NCBI GenBank assembly: GCA_012522795.1
Contig: JAAYJT010000014.1
Span: forward strand, 1,796-65,795
Length of the DNA stretch: 64,000 nt
Reading direction: 5' to 3'
Source of the DNA: Bacteroidales bacterium
GTDB lineage: Bacteria > Bacteroidota > Bacteroidia > Bacteroidales > JAAYJT01
In this document: positions 47,515 to 58,161 of the stretch, in pieces
Position numbering within the stretch: position 1 is the first letter of the stretch
Layout: every line of letters starts with the position of its first letter
Notes under the pieces: generated by a model
Seen by the model: the letters and a program-made list of their open reading frames with translations, nothing else
Database searches by the model: none
Told to the model about the DNA's origin: nothing
Program-made: the position numbers and the translations under genes

Positions 47515-47657
47515 AGCCGTTAATTTATATTATTACAGGAAACCAGGGTAAAAGAAAAACAACTTTTGTAAAGGAACTGGCAGCTTTATTTAAAAAAGAT
47601 GGTTTTAAATGCAGCGGCTTTTATCCTGATGATAGCGTTTTATCGTATGTGTCCTGA
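47511..47657 (+). pseudogene. Truncated P-loop NTPase-like ORF (48 codons), translationally overlapped with queA
   Basis: Its ATG overlaps the queA stop (ATGA). MKPLIYIITGNQGKRKTTFVKELAALFKKDGFKCSGF looks like the first ~40 aa of a small NTPase, then stops. Downstream frames carry no obvious continuation. Confidence 0.35.
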
Positions 47658-47779
47658 ACGTGGATTGATATTGCATGCCAGAGTCATTTGTGCGCAGATG
47701 AAATCGGTATCACCAAGTGTAAATATTCTTGGACCATTGCTAAGGCATAACCATTGAGGCTTTTCTCCTCGATATTACT

Positions 47780-48040
47780 TTGCGTTTGATCGGTAAAAAT
47801 TTGATCTCATTCATGGTTGCCGGTAGGATAACTGTGATGTTAGCTTTTGCGATCAAAATATTCAATATACTGGTCGTATTTGGGTTGAACATGGTTGCTT
47901 TATATGAAAATGTGATCAATGCTGCTGCAAAGCAACTGGGTTTTGTAAATTCCGAGCCTTTAAACCCGATATTGGCGATTGCGGGATTTTATTTTCTCCT
48001 GGGAATGATAGCTGCCATAATTGGTTTCATTATCGGATAG
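47780..48040 (+). CDS. Hypothetical small membrane protein (possibly a gene fragment)
   Basis: 86-aa ORF with two hydrophobic helices. It lies in a poorly coding 1.3-kb region. Confidence 0.3.
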   Translation: MRLIGKNLISFMVAGRITVMLAFAIKIFNILVVFGLNMVALYENVINAAAKQLGFVNSEPLNPILAIAGFYFLLGMIAAIIGFIIG

Positions 48041-48075
48041 CGATATATAAAAAACTGCCTGAAAATGAAAGAGTT

Positions 48076-48333
48076 ATGGCACTTGCAATGCAGAATACTG
48101 ATACTGAATTCGGACATAGCCGCCATTCAATATGGTTATTGTTTTTATATCTTGTGTTTGTTCCTGCTGGCATATTGGTTCTGAATAAAATGATATTTTT
48201 TTATGCCTTGTCATTAGTGTTTGTTTATCTGGTTTTGCATAGTACGGTATCCGAATATATGGCGAAGGATCAGCAAACCGTTTTTATGGGTACAGTTGTT
48301 AATAATGAAACTTCTGGCAGGCTTGTTTTATAG
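48076..48333 (+). CDS. Hypothetical small membrane protein (possibly a gene fragment)
   Basis: 85-aa ORF with two hydrophobic helices. Further hydrophobic reading-frame pieces follow at ~48430-48570 in another frame. Confidence 0.3.
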   Translation: MALAMQNTDTEFGHSRHSIWLLFLYLVFVPAGILVLNKMIFFYALSLVFVYLVLHSTVSEYMAKDQQTVFMGTVVNNETSGRLVL

Positions 48334-48816
48334 TGGTTAAGATATTGATAATGGTTCGAATCTTTATCAGATCTGGTTTGCCGGATTACAAATTCTTTTC
48401 AGAGCAATGTTGGTTATAACTGCTTTTTCAGGAATTTCAAATGAATTGCTAAACCCTTTGATAAGAAAATATCTTACGCAAGGTGGTTTTAAACAGATTT
48501 ACAGTGCTGTTCCTCTGGTTTTTATGGCTTTGCCGGCTATGTTTTGGGAGAATGTAAAGCCTCATTAATTGATCCTTCACCCATTTTATGTTGTTGCAAC
48601 TATACTTGCTTGTGCAGGTAATTGGGAAAGAACATTTAAACAAAATGAAAATAATATGATGCCAGTTGAAAAACCTTAGATCTGAATTATTTGAATAGCT
48701 TCTAGTAATAGCCACTTTATTTCTTAGAACTAAATAAATTGACAAATACATTAGTCATATTTAAATAAAGGAATAAATTTGTTAAAATTTTCTAGTTGCG
48801 ATTCTGAGAATTCAAG

Positions 48817-49644
48817 TTGATAATGAATAAAACAACAGTGGGCAGGAAGAAGGATAAAAAATCTGAAATGAGCTTCTGGGAGCATCTCGAAGAGCTACGG
48901 TCAACAATAGTACGCTCGGTATTTGCTATTATAGCATTATCGGTTGTGGCATTTATCAATCGTAGTATTATTTTCGATAATGTGATCCTGGCTCCCAAAG
49001 ATTCTGAGTTTATTACTAATGTTTTGTTATGTCGTCTTGGTAAATTTCTTAACTTTAAGTCTCTTTGTATTGATAACCTTTCGCTACAGATCATCAATAT
49101 ACATTTGTCAGGTCAGTTTCTTACTCATATGTATGTAAGTATGGCTGCAGGTTTTATTATTGCTTCTCCTTATGTTATATATCAGTTCTGGAAATTTATT
49201 GACCCGGCTCTTAAACCTGACGAAATGAAATATAGCAGAAGAGCTGTTTTTGTGATTTCATTGCTTTTCATCTCCGGGGTTCTTTTTAGCTATTTTATTA
49301 TTGTTCCGCTTACCATTAATTTTCTTGGCACATATCAGGTCAGTGGTTTTGTGGCTAATCAGATATCTTTACAATCCTATATCAGCACTGTGATATCAGT
49401 GACATTAGGAGTGGGGTTGGTTTTTGAATTACCTGTTCTCATTTATTTTCTTGCAAGGATAGGTATGGTTACTCCTGAATTTTTACGAAAGAATCGTAAA
49501 TACACCCTTATAATTATTCTGATGATTGCTGCTATTATTACTCCTCCCGATATTTTTAGTCAGATCCTCGTTAGCATTCCATTGCTGGCTCTTTACGAAG
49601 CAAGTATTTATATTGCCAAAAGAGTAAATCCGGGAAATGAATAA
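48817..49644 (+). CDS. tatC: Twin-arginine translocase subunit TatC
   Basis: It has the canonical MSFWEHLEELR block, so the true start may be the Met at 48868, and six TM segments. Confidence 0.9.
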   Translation: MIMNKTTVGRKKDKKSEMSFWEHLEELRSTIVRSVFAIIALSVVAFINRSIIFDNVILAPKDSEFITNVLLCRLGKFLNFKSLCIDNLSLQIINIHLSGQFLTHMYVSMAAGFIIASPYVIYQFWKFIDPALKPDEMKYSRRAVFVISLLFISGVLFSYFIIVPLTINFLGTYQVSGFVANQISLQSYISTVISVTLGVGLVFELPVLIYFLARIGMVTPEFLRKNRKYTLIIILMIAAIITPPDIFSQILVSIPLLALYEASIYIAKRVNPGNE

Positions 49645-49718
49645 AAGATGTAACTTTTTCGATTTTACATCGTCAAACTAAATGAAAACTGTCATTAATT
49701 AATAAAAATACTACGATC

Positions 49719-50216
49719 ATGACCTATCAGAAATTATACAGAAGTCCTATTCAAAAGGTATTCGGAGGCGTTGCAGGCGGCATTGGGGAATATTTAAATG
49801 TTGATCCGGTAATTATACGTTTGATTTTTGCAATTGCTATTATTTTCGGTGGCGGTGGATTATTGATTTATCTGATACTCTGGATTGCTATTCCTCTAAG
49901 ACCAATTGCCGATCCCATGTTCAAATCTGATAAAACTCCCCCTCCTCCCGGTAGTGCTGGCGATAATCAAGAGCAATTCAATGCGGATGATTGGAGTTCA
50001 GAAAAAAAATATGAAAGCTCATACAGAGGATATGAGGTAAAACAAAGAAATACAAGCGGATTGATTGTTGGTATAATTCTAATATGCGCCGGAGCATTGA
50101 TTTTGGCATCCCGCCTGATACCTGGGATATACTTTCGCAATCTGTGGCCTTTTATTCTCTTAATAGCCGGAATAGCACTTATACTAACATCGTTTAGTTC
50201 CTCTGGCAGAGAGTAG
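49719..50216 (+). CDS. PspC domain-containing membrane protein
   Basis: The N-terminus LYRSPIQKVFGGVAGGIGEYLNVDPVIIRLIFAI is the PspC signature, followed by TM helices. Confidence 0.85.
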   Translation: MTYQKLYRSPIQKVFGGVAGGIGEYLNVDPVIIRLIFAIAIIFGGGGLLIYLILWIAIPLRPIADPMFKSDKTPPPPGSAGDNQEQFNADDWSSEKKYESSYRGYEVKQRNTSGLIVGIILICAGALILASRLIPGIYFRNLWPFILLIAGIALILTSFSSSGRE

Positions 50217-50254
50217 ATTTTGATAGTTTGAGTAAATGAAATCTTTTAATTCAA

Positions 50255-51196
50255 ATGAAAATGAATCATAAAAAATTAATCTGGGGTGTAATTCTGATCC
50301 TGGTCGGGATACTTTTTATCCTAAAAACCACCGGCGTCCTATATTTTAATTGGTATCATATAATTTATCTCTGGCCTTTATTACTTGTATTTTGGGGTAT
50401 TTCAATTCTGCCTGTTAAGGGGCTGCCAAAGTTTTTGCTGTCTATTTTAGTCGTCGTTGCAGGGATATTTATAATGTACAAATACAATGGTGAAGATTGG
50501 TATGAATATAGAAGCCCATGGAGATATTATCATAAGGAATATCGGGACAAAGAACCTGATTGGGATAAAAGTGAAAATGAGAAACAAAATTTGATCTTTC
50601 CATACGATCCTGAAATACAGAGTGCCGTGTTGAAATTGGATGCTGCGGCAGGAAGTTTTGAATTAAAGAAAACAACCACTGAATTAATAGAGGTCAATAA
50701 TGAAGGAAATATTGGAAAGTACAGCCTTACTACGCATGAAAGCGATGATATACACATAATAAACCTTTCGATGGAGAAGGTTTCAAAGCAAGTGTTTAAA
50801 ATGAAACATAAGGTAGATATAAAATTGAATGAAAATCCGCTTTGGGAAATGGATATGAACATTGGAGCAGCAAGTGTTGATATGGATTTAAGCGGGTTCA
50901 AAACAAAAAACATTAAAATTTCGGGCGGAGCTTCATCTGTATTGCTGAAAACAGGTGATTTGTACCCCCAAACAACTATTGATATTGATGCTGCTGCATC
51001 TTCCATTACTATTTATGTTCCTGCAGAGTCAGGTTGCAGGATTCAAACCAGCGCTGTTTTGTCCGGTCGTAAAATGAAGGATTTTAAAAAAACTGAAAAT
51101 AACGACTATGTGACAGATAATTACGAGGATAGCGAAAATAAGGTCTTTATTATTGTAGATGTTGCTGTTTCAAGTATTGAAGTAATAAGATATTAA
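50255..51196 (+). CDS. LiaF-like / DUF5668-type membrane protein with a C-terminal beta-rich (toastrack-like) domain
   Basis: It has N-terminal TM helices (LIWGVILILVGILFILK). The C-terminal repetitive beta pattern has AASVDMDLSG / GGASSVLL / AAASSITIYVP blocks. It follows a PspC gene. Confidence 0.6.
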   Translation: MKMNHKKLIWGVILILVGILFILKTTGVLYFNWYHIIYLWPLLLVFWGISILPVKGLPKFLLSILVVVAGIFIMYKYNGEDWYEYRSPWRYYHKEYRDKEPDWDKSENEKQNLIFPYDPEIQSAVLKLDAAAGSFELKKTTTELIEVNNEGNIGKYSLTTHESDDIHIINLSMEKVSKQVFKMKHKVDIKLNENPLWEMDMNIGAASVDMDLSGFKTKNIKISGGASSVLLKTGDLYPQTTIDIDAAASSITIYVPAESGCRIQTSAVLSGRKMKDFKKTENNDYVTDNYEDSENKVFIIVDVAVSSIEVIRY

Positions 51197-51305
51197 TCTT
51201 CGGATATAGTTTGAATCATCTTTGTGCACAGGCGTCTGTATTAAGAATGGGTGCCTGTATTTTTATTTTTATTACATTTGTGGCATTAAAATATTTTATC
51301 AGCTG

Positions 51306-52712
51306 ATGAATTTTTCCAACACTGCATTTCTAAAAAAGATTCTGGCGGTATTTATTTTTCTTTTATTGGTTACCTCTCCTGAAATTCTTTCAAGGAGCGC
51401 CCATCCCTCTTATATTGAATCACTTTCACAAAAAGAAGAAAATCAGCTTTTTAGATCGTTGTTAAGTAAGAACAAACTTGGATTTGATGAGCTGATGAAT
51501 GATTATTCATGGTTCAATGGTAATATAATGCTTATTAAAAATCACAGGGTGATTTATCAGCATTGTCAGGGTTATGCCAATTTCCGAACCCGTGAATTAC
51601 TTACGCCTGAATCATCTTTTGAATTGGCTTCGGTAAGTAAGCAGTTCACTGCTGTGGCAATTCTTCAGCTATATGAGCGAGGACAATTGGATATTGACGA
51701 TAAGTTAAATAAATACATTCCTGAACTTACCTACGATGAGGTAACCATCAGGCATTTGCTTAATCATACCTCCGGCTTGCCTAATTACATGTGGTTTGTT
51801 GAGGATTCATGGGAAAAACCATATTACCCCGATAATGAAGATATGATCGCTTTGCTTGTGGATGAGAAAGCCAAATTACTTTTTCGTGCCGGAACCATAC
51901 ATAGTTACTCAAATACCGGTTATGCCATATTGGCTTCAGTTATTGAAAGAGTTACAAAACAAAGTTTTACCCGGTTTTTATACGAAAATATTTTCGATCC
52001 GCTTGAAATGTATAATACTTTTACGAGTGCTGAGCTGATTGATTCAACGATACAGATTAAGTCTATGGCTCTGGGTCACAGAACGATACGTAGAGGCCTG
52101 CTTTCAATTACACCCTCGGTTCATAATAGAATTCTGGGTGATAAAGGAATTCATTCAACACTGGAAGACCTTTATAAATGGGATCAGGGGTTGTATTCTG
52201 ATAAAATTCTATCACAGGAGACTCTTAAGCAGGCTTATGAACCAACAATGCTGAGCAAAAAACGCAATGTGCCTTATGGATTTGGTTTTCGAACTGGTGA
52301 TTTAGAAGGGGAGAGATATGTTTACCATCATGGATTATGGGAAGGTTTTCGAAATGCTTTTGTCAGATATATCAATAGTGGAGATGCCGTTATCATCCTC
52401 AATAATGCTAATCAAAGAGGTTATAACTATGTTTTGGACAAATTTCAGAAAATAATTGAGGAAGATGATTTTCAGTTAACCCCGGTTCAGCAGATTGCAT
52501 TTGATATTGCAACAGAAGGCAGATCAGCTGTTGAGTTCATAAGTAATAATAACGTAGTTGATAAATTGTCAGTAAACGAGAAGGATATTCTGGAAATAAC
52601 CAGTTTACTTGTTGAAATGGATAAGCCTGCAATAGCCGGATTGATTTATGAGTTTTTTGAAAACAATGGTTTAATAAAGCAGTCAACTTCTAACATTGTT
52701 TCCGTTGATTGA
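51306..52712 (+). CDS. Serine hydrolase of the beta-lactamase / PBP4* family
   Basis: I place the start at the internal Met (MNFSNTAFLKKILAVFIFLLLV). The SxxK motif (ASVSKQF), a YSN motif (YSNTGY) and the LLNHTSGL block are present. Confidence 0.8.
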   Translation: MNFSNTAFLKKILAVFIFLLLVTSPEILSRSAHPSYIESLSQKEENQLFRSLLSKNKLGFDELMNDYSWFNGNIMLIKNHRVIYQHCQGYANFRTRELLTPESSFELASVSKQFTAVAILQLYERGQLDIDDKLNKYIPELTYDEVTIRHLLNHTSGLPNYMWFVEDSWEKPYYPDNEDMIALLVDEKAKLLFRAGTIHSYSNTGYAILASVIERVTKQSFTRFLYENIFDPLEMYNTFTSAELIDSTIQIKSMALGHRTIRRGLLSITPSVHNRILGDKGIHSTLEDLYKWDQGLYSDKILSQETLKQAYEPTMLSKKRNVPYGFGFRTGDLEGERYVYHHGLWEGFRNAFVRYINSGDAVIILNNANQRGYNYVLDKFQKIIEEDDFQLTPVQQIAFDIATEGRSAVEFISNNNVVDKLSVNEKDILEITSLLVEMDKPAIAGLIYEFFENNGLIKQSTSNIVSVD

Positions 52713-52719
52713 CTGGGAT

Positions 52720-53445
52720 TTATCTTCTAAGTTCAAAGTTTTTACCTAGGTAAACCTTTCTTACCTGCTCGTCTTCAGCAAGTTCTTCTGACGTTCCTGA
52801 TTTAAGTACCGCACCCTCATATAATAAATATGCGCGGTCAGTAATACTCAGTGTTTCGTGAACATTATGGTCAGTTATCAGGATTCCGATATTTTTGGTT
52901 TTAAGTTTTGAAACAATGTTTTGAATATCTTCAACAGCAATGGGATCAACGCCGGCAAATGGTTCATCAAGTAGCATGAACTTAGGGCTTACGGCAAGGG
53001 CACGTGCTATTTCGGTACGTCGACGCTCTCCCCCTGAAAGCATAACTCCCAGACTTTTTCTTACATGTTGTAATCCAAATTCATCAAGAAGCGATTCAAG
53101 CCGCTCATGCTGTTGCTGACGTGTTAATGAAGTGAATTCAAGAACCGCTTTTATGTTGTCTTCCACACTTAACCTGCGAAAAACGGATGCTTCCTGTGCC
53201 AGATAACCAATGCCAAATTTAGAACGCTTGTACATAGGCTCATTGGTTATCTCCTTATCATCAAGAAATACCCGCCCTGCAAATGGTTTTATCAATCCTA
53301 CAATTATGTAGAAGGTAGTGGTTTTTCCTGCACCGTTGGGTCCAAGTAAGCCAACAATTTCTCCCTGGTTAACTTCAATACTTACATTGTTGACCACTGT
53401 GCGGTTGCGATATTTTTTAATGATATTGTCGGTTCGTAGTATCAT
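52720..53445 (-). CDS. lptB: LPS export ABC transporter ATP-binding protein
   Basis: 241 aa with Walker A (GPNGAGKTT), the signature LSGGERRR, Walker B (LLDEPFAG) and the typical LptB C-terminus (VRKVYLG..F). Confidence 0.9.
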   Translation of the reverse strand: MILRTDNIIKKYRNRTVVNNVSIEVNQGEIVGLLGPNGAGKTTTFYIIVGLIKPFAGRVFLDDKEITNEPMYKRSKFGIGYLAQEASVFRRLSVEDNIKAVLEFTSLTRQQQHERLESLLDEFGLQHVRKSLGVMLSGGERRRTEIARALAVSPKFMLLDEPFAGVDPIAVEDIQNIVSKLKTKNIGILITDHNVHETLSITDRAYLLYEGAVLKSGTSEELAEDEQVRKVYLGKNFELRR

Positions 53446-53510
53446 GAAGTTTCTTGATGAAGATTTTATGTTACAAATAAGCAGGACTAAGAAAGTTAAT
53501 ATTGTTAAAG

Positions 53511-53876
53511 TTATGATTTGCTCAGTTCATCCCAGAATTCAACTGCTCTTCGGGTATAGGGTATAACTATAGTGCCTCCTACCAGATTTGCAATGGCAAG
53601 TAACTCAAAAAGTTCCTCCTCTGTAACATCGTTTTCGCTACACCTGATTAAATGATACTTAATACAATCATCGCAGCGCAACACCAATGAAGCAACAAGT
53701 CCCATCATTTCCTTGGTTTTAACACTAAGTGCACCTGTCATATAGGCATTGGTGTCAATATTGTAAATTCTTTTAATTACTTTATTATCAGCACTGAGAA
53801 TGCGATCGTTCATCTTTTGCCTGTATGCATTGAATTCATTAACCATACTTTTTCTGCTTTCAGGTTTTGCACTCAT
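53511..53876 (-). CDS. Carboxymuconolactone decarboxylase (AhpD-like) family protein
   Basis: 121 aa with [26 protein letters not shown] (the CxxC of the AhpD-like fold). Confidence 0.8.
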   Translation of the reverse strand: MSAKPESRKSMVNEFNAYRQKMNDRILSADNKVIKRIYNIDTNAYMTGALSVKTKEMMGLVASLVLRCDDCIKYHLIRCSENDVTEEELFELLAIANLVGGTIVIPYTRRAVEFWDELSKS

Positions 53877-54844
53877 ATTATTCCTTCTTTTAAAATATCA
53901 TGCAAATGTATTACTCCAATATATTTACCCTCATCTACAACCAGTAATTGGGTAATATTATTATACCGCATCAGGTTAAGTGCATCAGAAACCAGAGCAT
54001 TCTTTTCAATAGTTTTAGGGTTTGCTGACATTATATCAGCGGCTGTATGATTACTTATCTCTACATTTTTTAACAACATTCGTCTTATATCGCCATCAGT
54101 AATAATCCCCGCAAGTTTTGATTTATCCAGTACAGCCGTTGCTCCCAGACGCTTGGAGGTTATTTCTATAATAACAGTCTTGATACTGTCATTAAGCTGT
54201 ACCATAGGTACTTCATTATTAATACATATATCCTGAACACGCAGATAAAGTTGTTTTCCAATAGCCCCTCCGGGATGAAAACGTGCAAAATCCTGAATTG
54301 AGAAGCCTCTGCATTCCAGGAGGCATACCGCGAGTGCATCACCCATGGCAAGTTGCGCTGTAGTACTTGATGTGGGAGCCAGATTGTTAGGGCAGGCTTC
54401 TTTTTTTACTGATACATTTATAATATAATCCGCTTGTTTTGCCAGATACGATTCAGTGTTGCCAACCATTACCACAAGTTTGTTTACCAATAGTTTGAGT
54501 ATTGGAATTAAAACCTTGATCTCAGGTGTATTTCCGCTTTTTGACAGACAAATTACTATATCATCCCTTCTGATGGTGCCTAAATCACCGTGTAAAGCAT
54601 CGGCAGCATGCATGAAAATAGCAGGAGTTCCTGTAGAATTAAGGGTTGCAACAATCTTTTGTGCTATATTAGCACTTTTCCCTATCCCGGTCATTATAAC
54701 TCTTCCCGAAGAGTTTAAAATCATTCTTACAACTTCAACAAAATCATTGTTTATATGCGAAACAAGGCCTGCCACTGCCTCAGCTTCATGCTTCAGAGTT
54801 GTACGGGCAATATCTTTTATTTCATCTACAGATTTCAATTTCAA
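53873..54844 (-). CDS. kpsF: KpsF/GutQ family arabinose-5-phosphate isomerase
   Basis: The SIS domain (GRVIMTGIGKSANIAQKIVATLNSTGTPA) is followed by tandem CBS domains. Confidence 0.9.
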   Translation of the reverse strand: MKLKSVDEIKDIARTTLKHEAEAVAGLVSHINNDFVEVVRMILNSSGRVIMTGIGKSANIAQKIVATLNSTGTPAIFMHAADALHGDLGTIRRDDIVICLSKSGNTPEIKVLIPILKLLVNKLVVMVGNTESYLAKQADYIINVSVKKEACPNNLAPTSSTTAQLAMGDALAVCLLECRGFSIQDFARFHPGGAIGKQLYLRVQDICINNEVPMVQLNDSIKTVIIEITSKRLGATAVLDKSKLAGIITDGDIRRMLLKNVEISNHTAADIMSANPKTIEKNALVSDALNLMRYNNITQLLVVDEGKYIGVIHLHDILKEGII

Positions 54845-55269
54845 AAGGTTTGTTCTTTAAACTTACAAAGATAAATAATTTTAAATCGTTAGGATTTTAT
54901 GTTTTGGCACCTGATTAATTGTATATTAACTGTTTTTTATTGAAATAATTTCACAATAGTATTGTTTTATTTGGAAAATCATTTTATTTGCCGATTTTTG
55001 TGAAGTCATATGAAGAAAAGTTTATAATTTCGTTGAAGAATATTTTGTTTGTTATTTCTATATTGTTGATAATCAAAGTAATGTAGGTTTGAGAGAGAGA
55101 AAATATTTAATAAAACGTCATACATTTAAAAAAAACAATATATTTGTGCTGAACACATTAATATTTCTGTTATAAATGGCTGTGTTAATTTAATAAGCCG
55201 AAGAAAGAGAGATACTAAAGTTCTGTTATTTAACTGTTTGTTAAGGGAATTAATTAAGTAAGTAAGTCA

Positions 55270-57468
55270 ATGGCATCAAAGACCAAATATCCGTTACATG
55301 ATCTATTAAAGCAGATTTTTGGTTTCGAAAGTTTTAAAGGGAACCAGAAAGAAGTTATCGAAAGCGTATTGGAGGGCAAGGATACATTTGTGATCATGCC
55401 TACAGGTGGTGGAAAGTCATTATGTTATCAATTACCTGCATTAATTTTTGAGGGTACGGCAATTATTATTTCTCCTCTAATTGCATTGATGAAAAATCAG
55501 GTTGACGCTATTCGTAATTTTGGCGCTGAAATAGGAATTGCACATGTCTTAAACTCATCATTGAGTAAGCTTGAGATTGCCCAGGTGCGTCAGGATTTGC
55601 TTAGTGGTAAAACCAAATTGCTTTATGTTGCTCCTGAATCATTGACAAAAGAGGAAAACATAAAGTTTTTTCAGGAAATTGGTATTTCATTTTATGCTAT
55701 TGACGAAGCTCATTGTATTTCGGAATGGGGGCATGATTTCAGACCTGAATATCGCCGGTTAAGACCCATAATTGACGCAATTGGGAAAAAAGTACCGGTT
55801 ATTGCACTTACTGCTACAGCTACTCCAAAGGTGCAGCAGGATATTCAGAAAAACCTCAATATGCTGGATGCCAACATTTTTAAATCATCATTTAATCGTC
55901 CGAACCTGTATTACGAGGTAAGACCTAAAACTGATGATATTGTAAAAGATATAATCAAATACATAAAAAATAATTCCGGGAAATCAGGTATTATTTATTG
56001 TTTGAGCCGCAAAAAAGTTGAGGAAATATCAGAAACACTTCAGGTCAATGGAATTAAGGCATTGCCTTATCATGCAGGGTTGGATTCCTCGACCCGAAAG
56101 ATCAATCAGGATAAATTTCTGATGGAAGAGGTTGATATCATTGTGGCTACCATTGCTTTTGGTATGGGAATTGACAAGCCAGACGTTCGTTTTGTTATCC
56201 ATTATGATATTCCCAAAAGCCTTGAAGGTTACTATCAGGAAACAGGCAGATCAGGCCGCGATGATGGAGAAGGGAACTGCATTGCATTTTATTCATACGA
56301 TGATATTCAGAAACTTGAGAAATTTCTTAAAGGCAAACCTGTTGCCGAACAGGAAATTGCAAAGCAACTTCTCTTAGAAACCGTTGCTTATGCCGAATCA
56401 TCAGTGTGTCGCCGCAGGCAGTTATTGCATTACTTTGGCGAAATATACAATAAAGATAATTGTAATAGCTGCGATAATTGTTTACATCCAAAAACCAAAT
56501 TCGAAGCCAAAGAATATGTTGTAATGGTTATTGAAGTTATTCTGGAAGTCAAGCAATTATTCAAGGCAAAACATATTATTAATATTCTTACTGGAAAAAA
56601 TACAGCCACTCTTAAGAATTTCAAGCATCATAAACTTGAATCTTTCGGCAAGGGTATGGAAAAAGATGAAAAATTCTGGAATGCCATTATCCGCCAGATG
56701 CTTATTGAAAGATTGTTGATTAAAGATATTGATAATTATGGATTGCTGAAAGTTAGCCCTGAAGGAATAAAATTTCTGAAAAAGCCAACCTCAATAATGC
56801 TTGCCCTGGATCATGACTATGATAATGCGGATGATGAAGACTTTTTTACAGGTGGCGGTAACAAAACAAGTACTACTGACAAAACTTTGTTCGCATTGCT
56901 TAAAGATCTTCGAAGAGATATTTCAAGAAAAGAATCATTACCTCCGTTTGTGATTTTCCAGGATCCTTCACTTGAGGATATGGCAACACAATATCCCATA
57001 AATCTTGATGAGCTTAAGAATATTACAGGGGTTGGTTTGGGTAAGGCTCAGAAATATGGTAAACCTTTTGTGGATCTTATAGCTCAGTATGTTGAGGAAA
57101 ATGAAATTATTCGTCCGCTAGATATGGTTGTAAGATCAGTAATAAATAAAAGTGGGTTGAAAGTTTATATAATTCAGAATATTGACCGCAAGATAGCTCT
57201 TGAAGATATAGCTTACGCAAAAAATTTAACTATTGATGAATTGCTTACCGAAGTTGAGCGGATAGTATCAAGCGGTACAAAAATAGACCTTAACTATTAT
57301 GTAAACGAATATATTGACCCTTACCACCAGGAAGAAATATTCGACTATTTTAAAGAGGCAGAATCCGACTCAATTCTTGAAGCACAACGTGAGCTAGGTG
57401 AAGATGAATTTAGTGAAGAGGAAATTCGTTTAATGAGAATCAAATTTATATCAGAATTGGGTAATTAA
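55270..57468 (+). CDS. recQ: ATP-dependent DNA helicase RecQ
   Basis: 732 aa with FGFESFKGNQ, MPTGGGKSLCYQLPA, DEAHCISEWGHDFRPEY, a zinc-binding Cys cluster (CRRR..CNSCDNC) and a C-terminal HRDC domain. Confidence 0.95.
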   Translation: MASKTKYPLHDLLKQIFGFESFKGNQKEVIESVLEGKDTFVIMPTGGGKSLCYQLPALIFEGTAIIISPLIALMKNQVDAIRNFGAEIGIAHVLNSSLSKLEIAQVRQDLLSGKTKLLYVAPESLTKEENIKFFQEIGISFYAIDEAHCISEWGHDFRPEYRRLRPIIDAIGKKVPVIALTATATPKVQQDIQKNLNMLDANIFKSSFNRPNLYYEVRPKTDDIVKDIIKYIKNNSGKSGIIYCLSRKKVEEISETLQVNGIKALPYHAGLDSSTRKINQDKFLMEEVDIIVATIAFGMGIDKPDVRFVIHYDIPKSLEGYYQETGRSGRDDGEGNCIAFYSYDDIQKLEKFLKGKPVAEQEIAKQLLLETVAYAESSVCRRRQLLHYFGEIYNKDNCNSCDNCLHPKTKFEAKEYVVMVIEVILEVKQLFKAKHIINILTGKNTATLKNFKHHKLESFGKGMEKDEKFWNAIIRQMLIERLLIKDIDNYGLLKVSPEGIKFLKKPTSIMLALDHDYDNADDEDFFTGGGNKTSTTDKTLFALLKDLRRDISRKESLPPFVIFQDPSLEDMATQYPINLDELKNITGVGLGKAQKYGKPFVDLIAQYVEENEIIRPLDMVVRSVINKSGLKVYIIQNIDRKIALEDIAYAKNLTIDELLTEVERIVSSGTKIDLNYYVNEYIDPYHQEEIFDYFKEAESDSILEAQRELGEDEFSEEEIRLMRIKFISELGN

Positions 57469-57498
57469 ATCATCAAAGATCTTAATTTTAATAGTTTT

Positions 57499-58143
57499 AT
57501 GACAGATAAGCTTGAAAATCAGGGCGGTAAGAATGTGCCTAAACTATCAGTTATTAATATAGTTCTGTTAATTGGATTGATAGTCCTTTATATTTTGCAT
57601 TTCAGCAGTGTTAAGAATACCAAAACAGTTGAAAATATCCCTCAGCAAAAAGAAATGCCTTCTGAATTCCCTCGAATTGCCTTTATTGATTCCGATGTAT
57701 TAATGGATCAATATGAAATGGTTTCAAGTATGGTTACTAAATTTGAGAATAGTACTAAGGGAAAAGAAGCAGTGATAAGAGAAAAACAAAGTTCACTTGA
57801 AAGGCGTTATACTGATTTACAGCAACGTGTTCAAAGTGGCAGTATTTCTTTAGAAATTGCTCAAATTACTGAAGAGCAGCTTATAAAAGAGCAGCAGGAA
57901 CTGATGATGTTGCGCGATGAACTTTCTGAGCAGCTTTCAAAAGAGGAATACGAAATGAATCTTGAGTTGTATGATATTGTTTCAAGATTTCTTGAAGAGT
58001 ATAATCAGATACATAATTATGACCTGATCTTTAATTTTAAGAAAGGCAATAATTATTTTATTGCAAACCATGCCTATGATATTACTCCGGAGGTAGTTGA
58101 ATTACTGAATCAGGATTACCGTCTTAAACAGCCCCGGAAATAA
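57499..58143 (+). CDS. OmpH/Skp-like periplasmic chaperone family protein
   Basis: 214 aa with an N-terminal anchor, then IAFIDSDVLMDQYEM followed by a long coiled-coil-like Glu/Gln-rich region. Confidence 0.65.
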   Translation: MTDKLENQGGKNVPKLSVINIVLLIGLIVLYILHFSSVKNTKTVENIPQQKEMPSEFPRIAFIDSDVLMDQYEMVSSMVTKFENSTKGKEAVIREKQSSLERRYTDLQQRVQSGSISLEIAQITEEQLIKEQQELMMLRDELSEQLSKEEYEMNLELYDIVSRFLEEYNQIHNYDLIFNFKKGNNYFIANHAYDITPEVVELLNQDYRLKQPRK

Positions 58144-58161
58144 ACTGGAGTGATTTTGTAT

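Noticed and set aside
48449-49097. Two ~100-aa minus-strand ORFs (48449..48751, 48792..49097)
   Set aside because: The second is antisense to tatC. The first lies in the decayed region and is basic and low-complexity with no motif support.
50530-51006. 158-aa minus-strand ORF
   Set aside because: It is antisense to the LiaF-like gene, and its Ser/Phe-rich composition is typical of shadow frames.
54456-54860. 134-aa plus-strand ORF
   Set aside because: It is antisense to kpsF, which has unambiguous SIS/CBS motifs.
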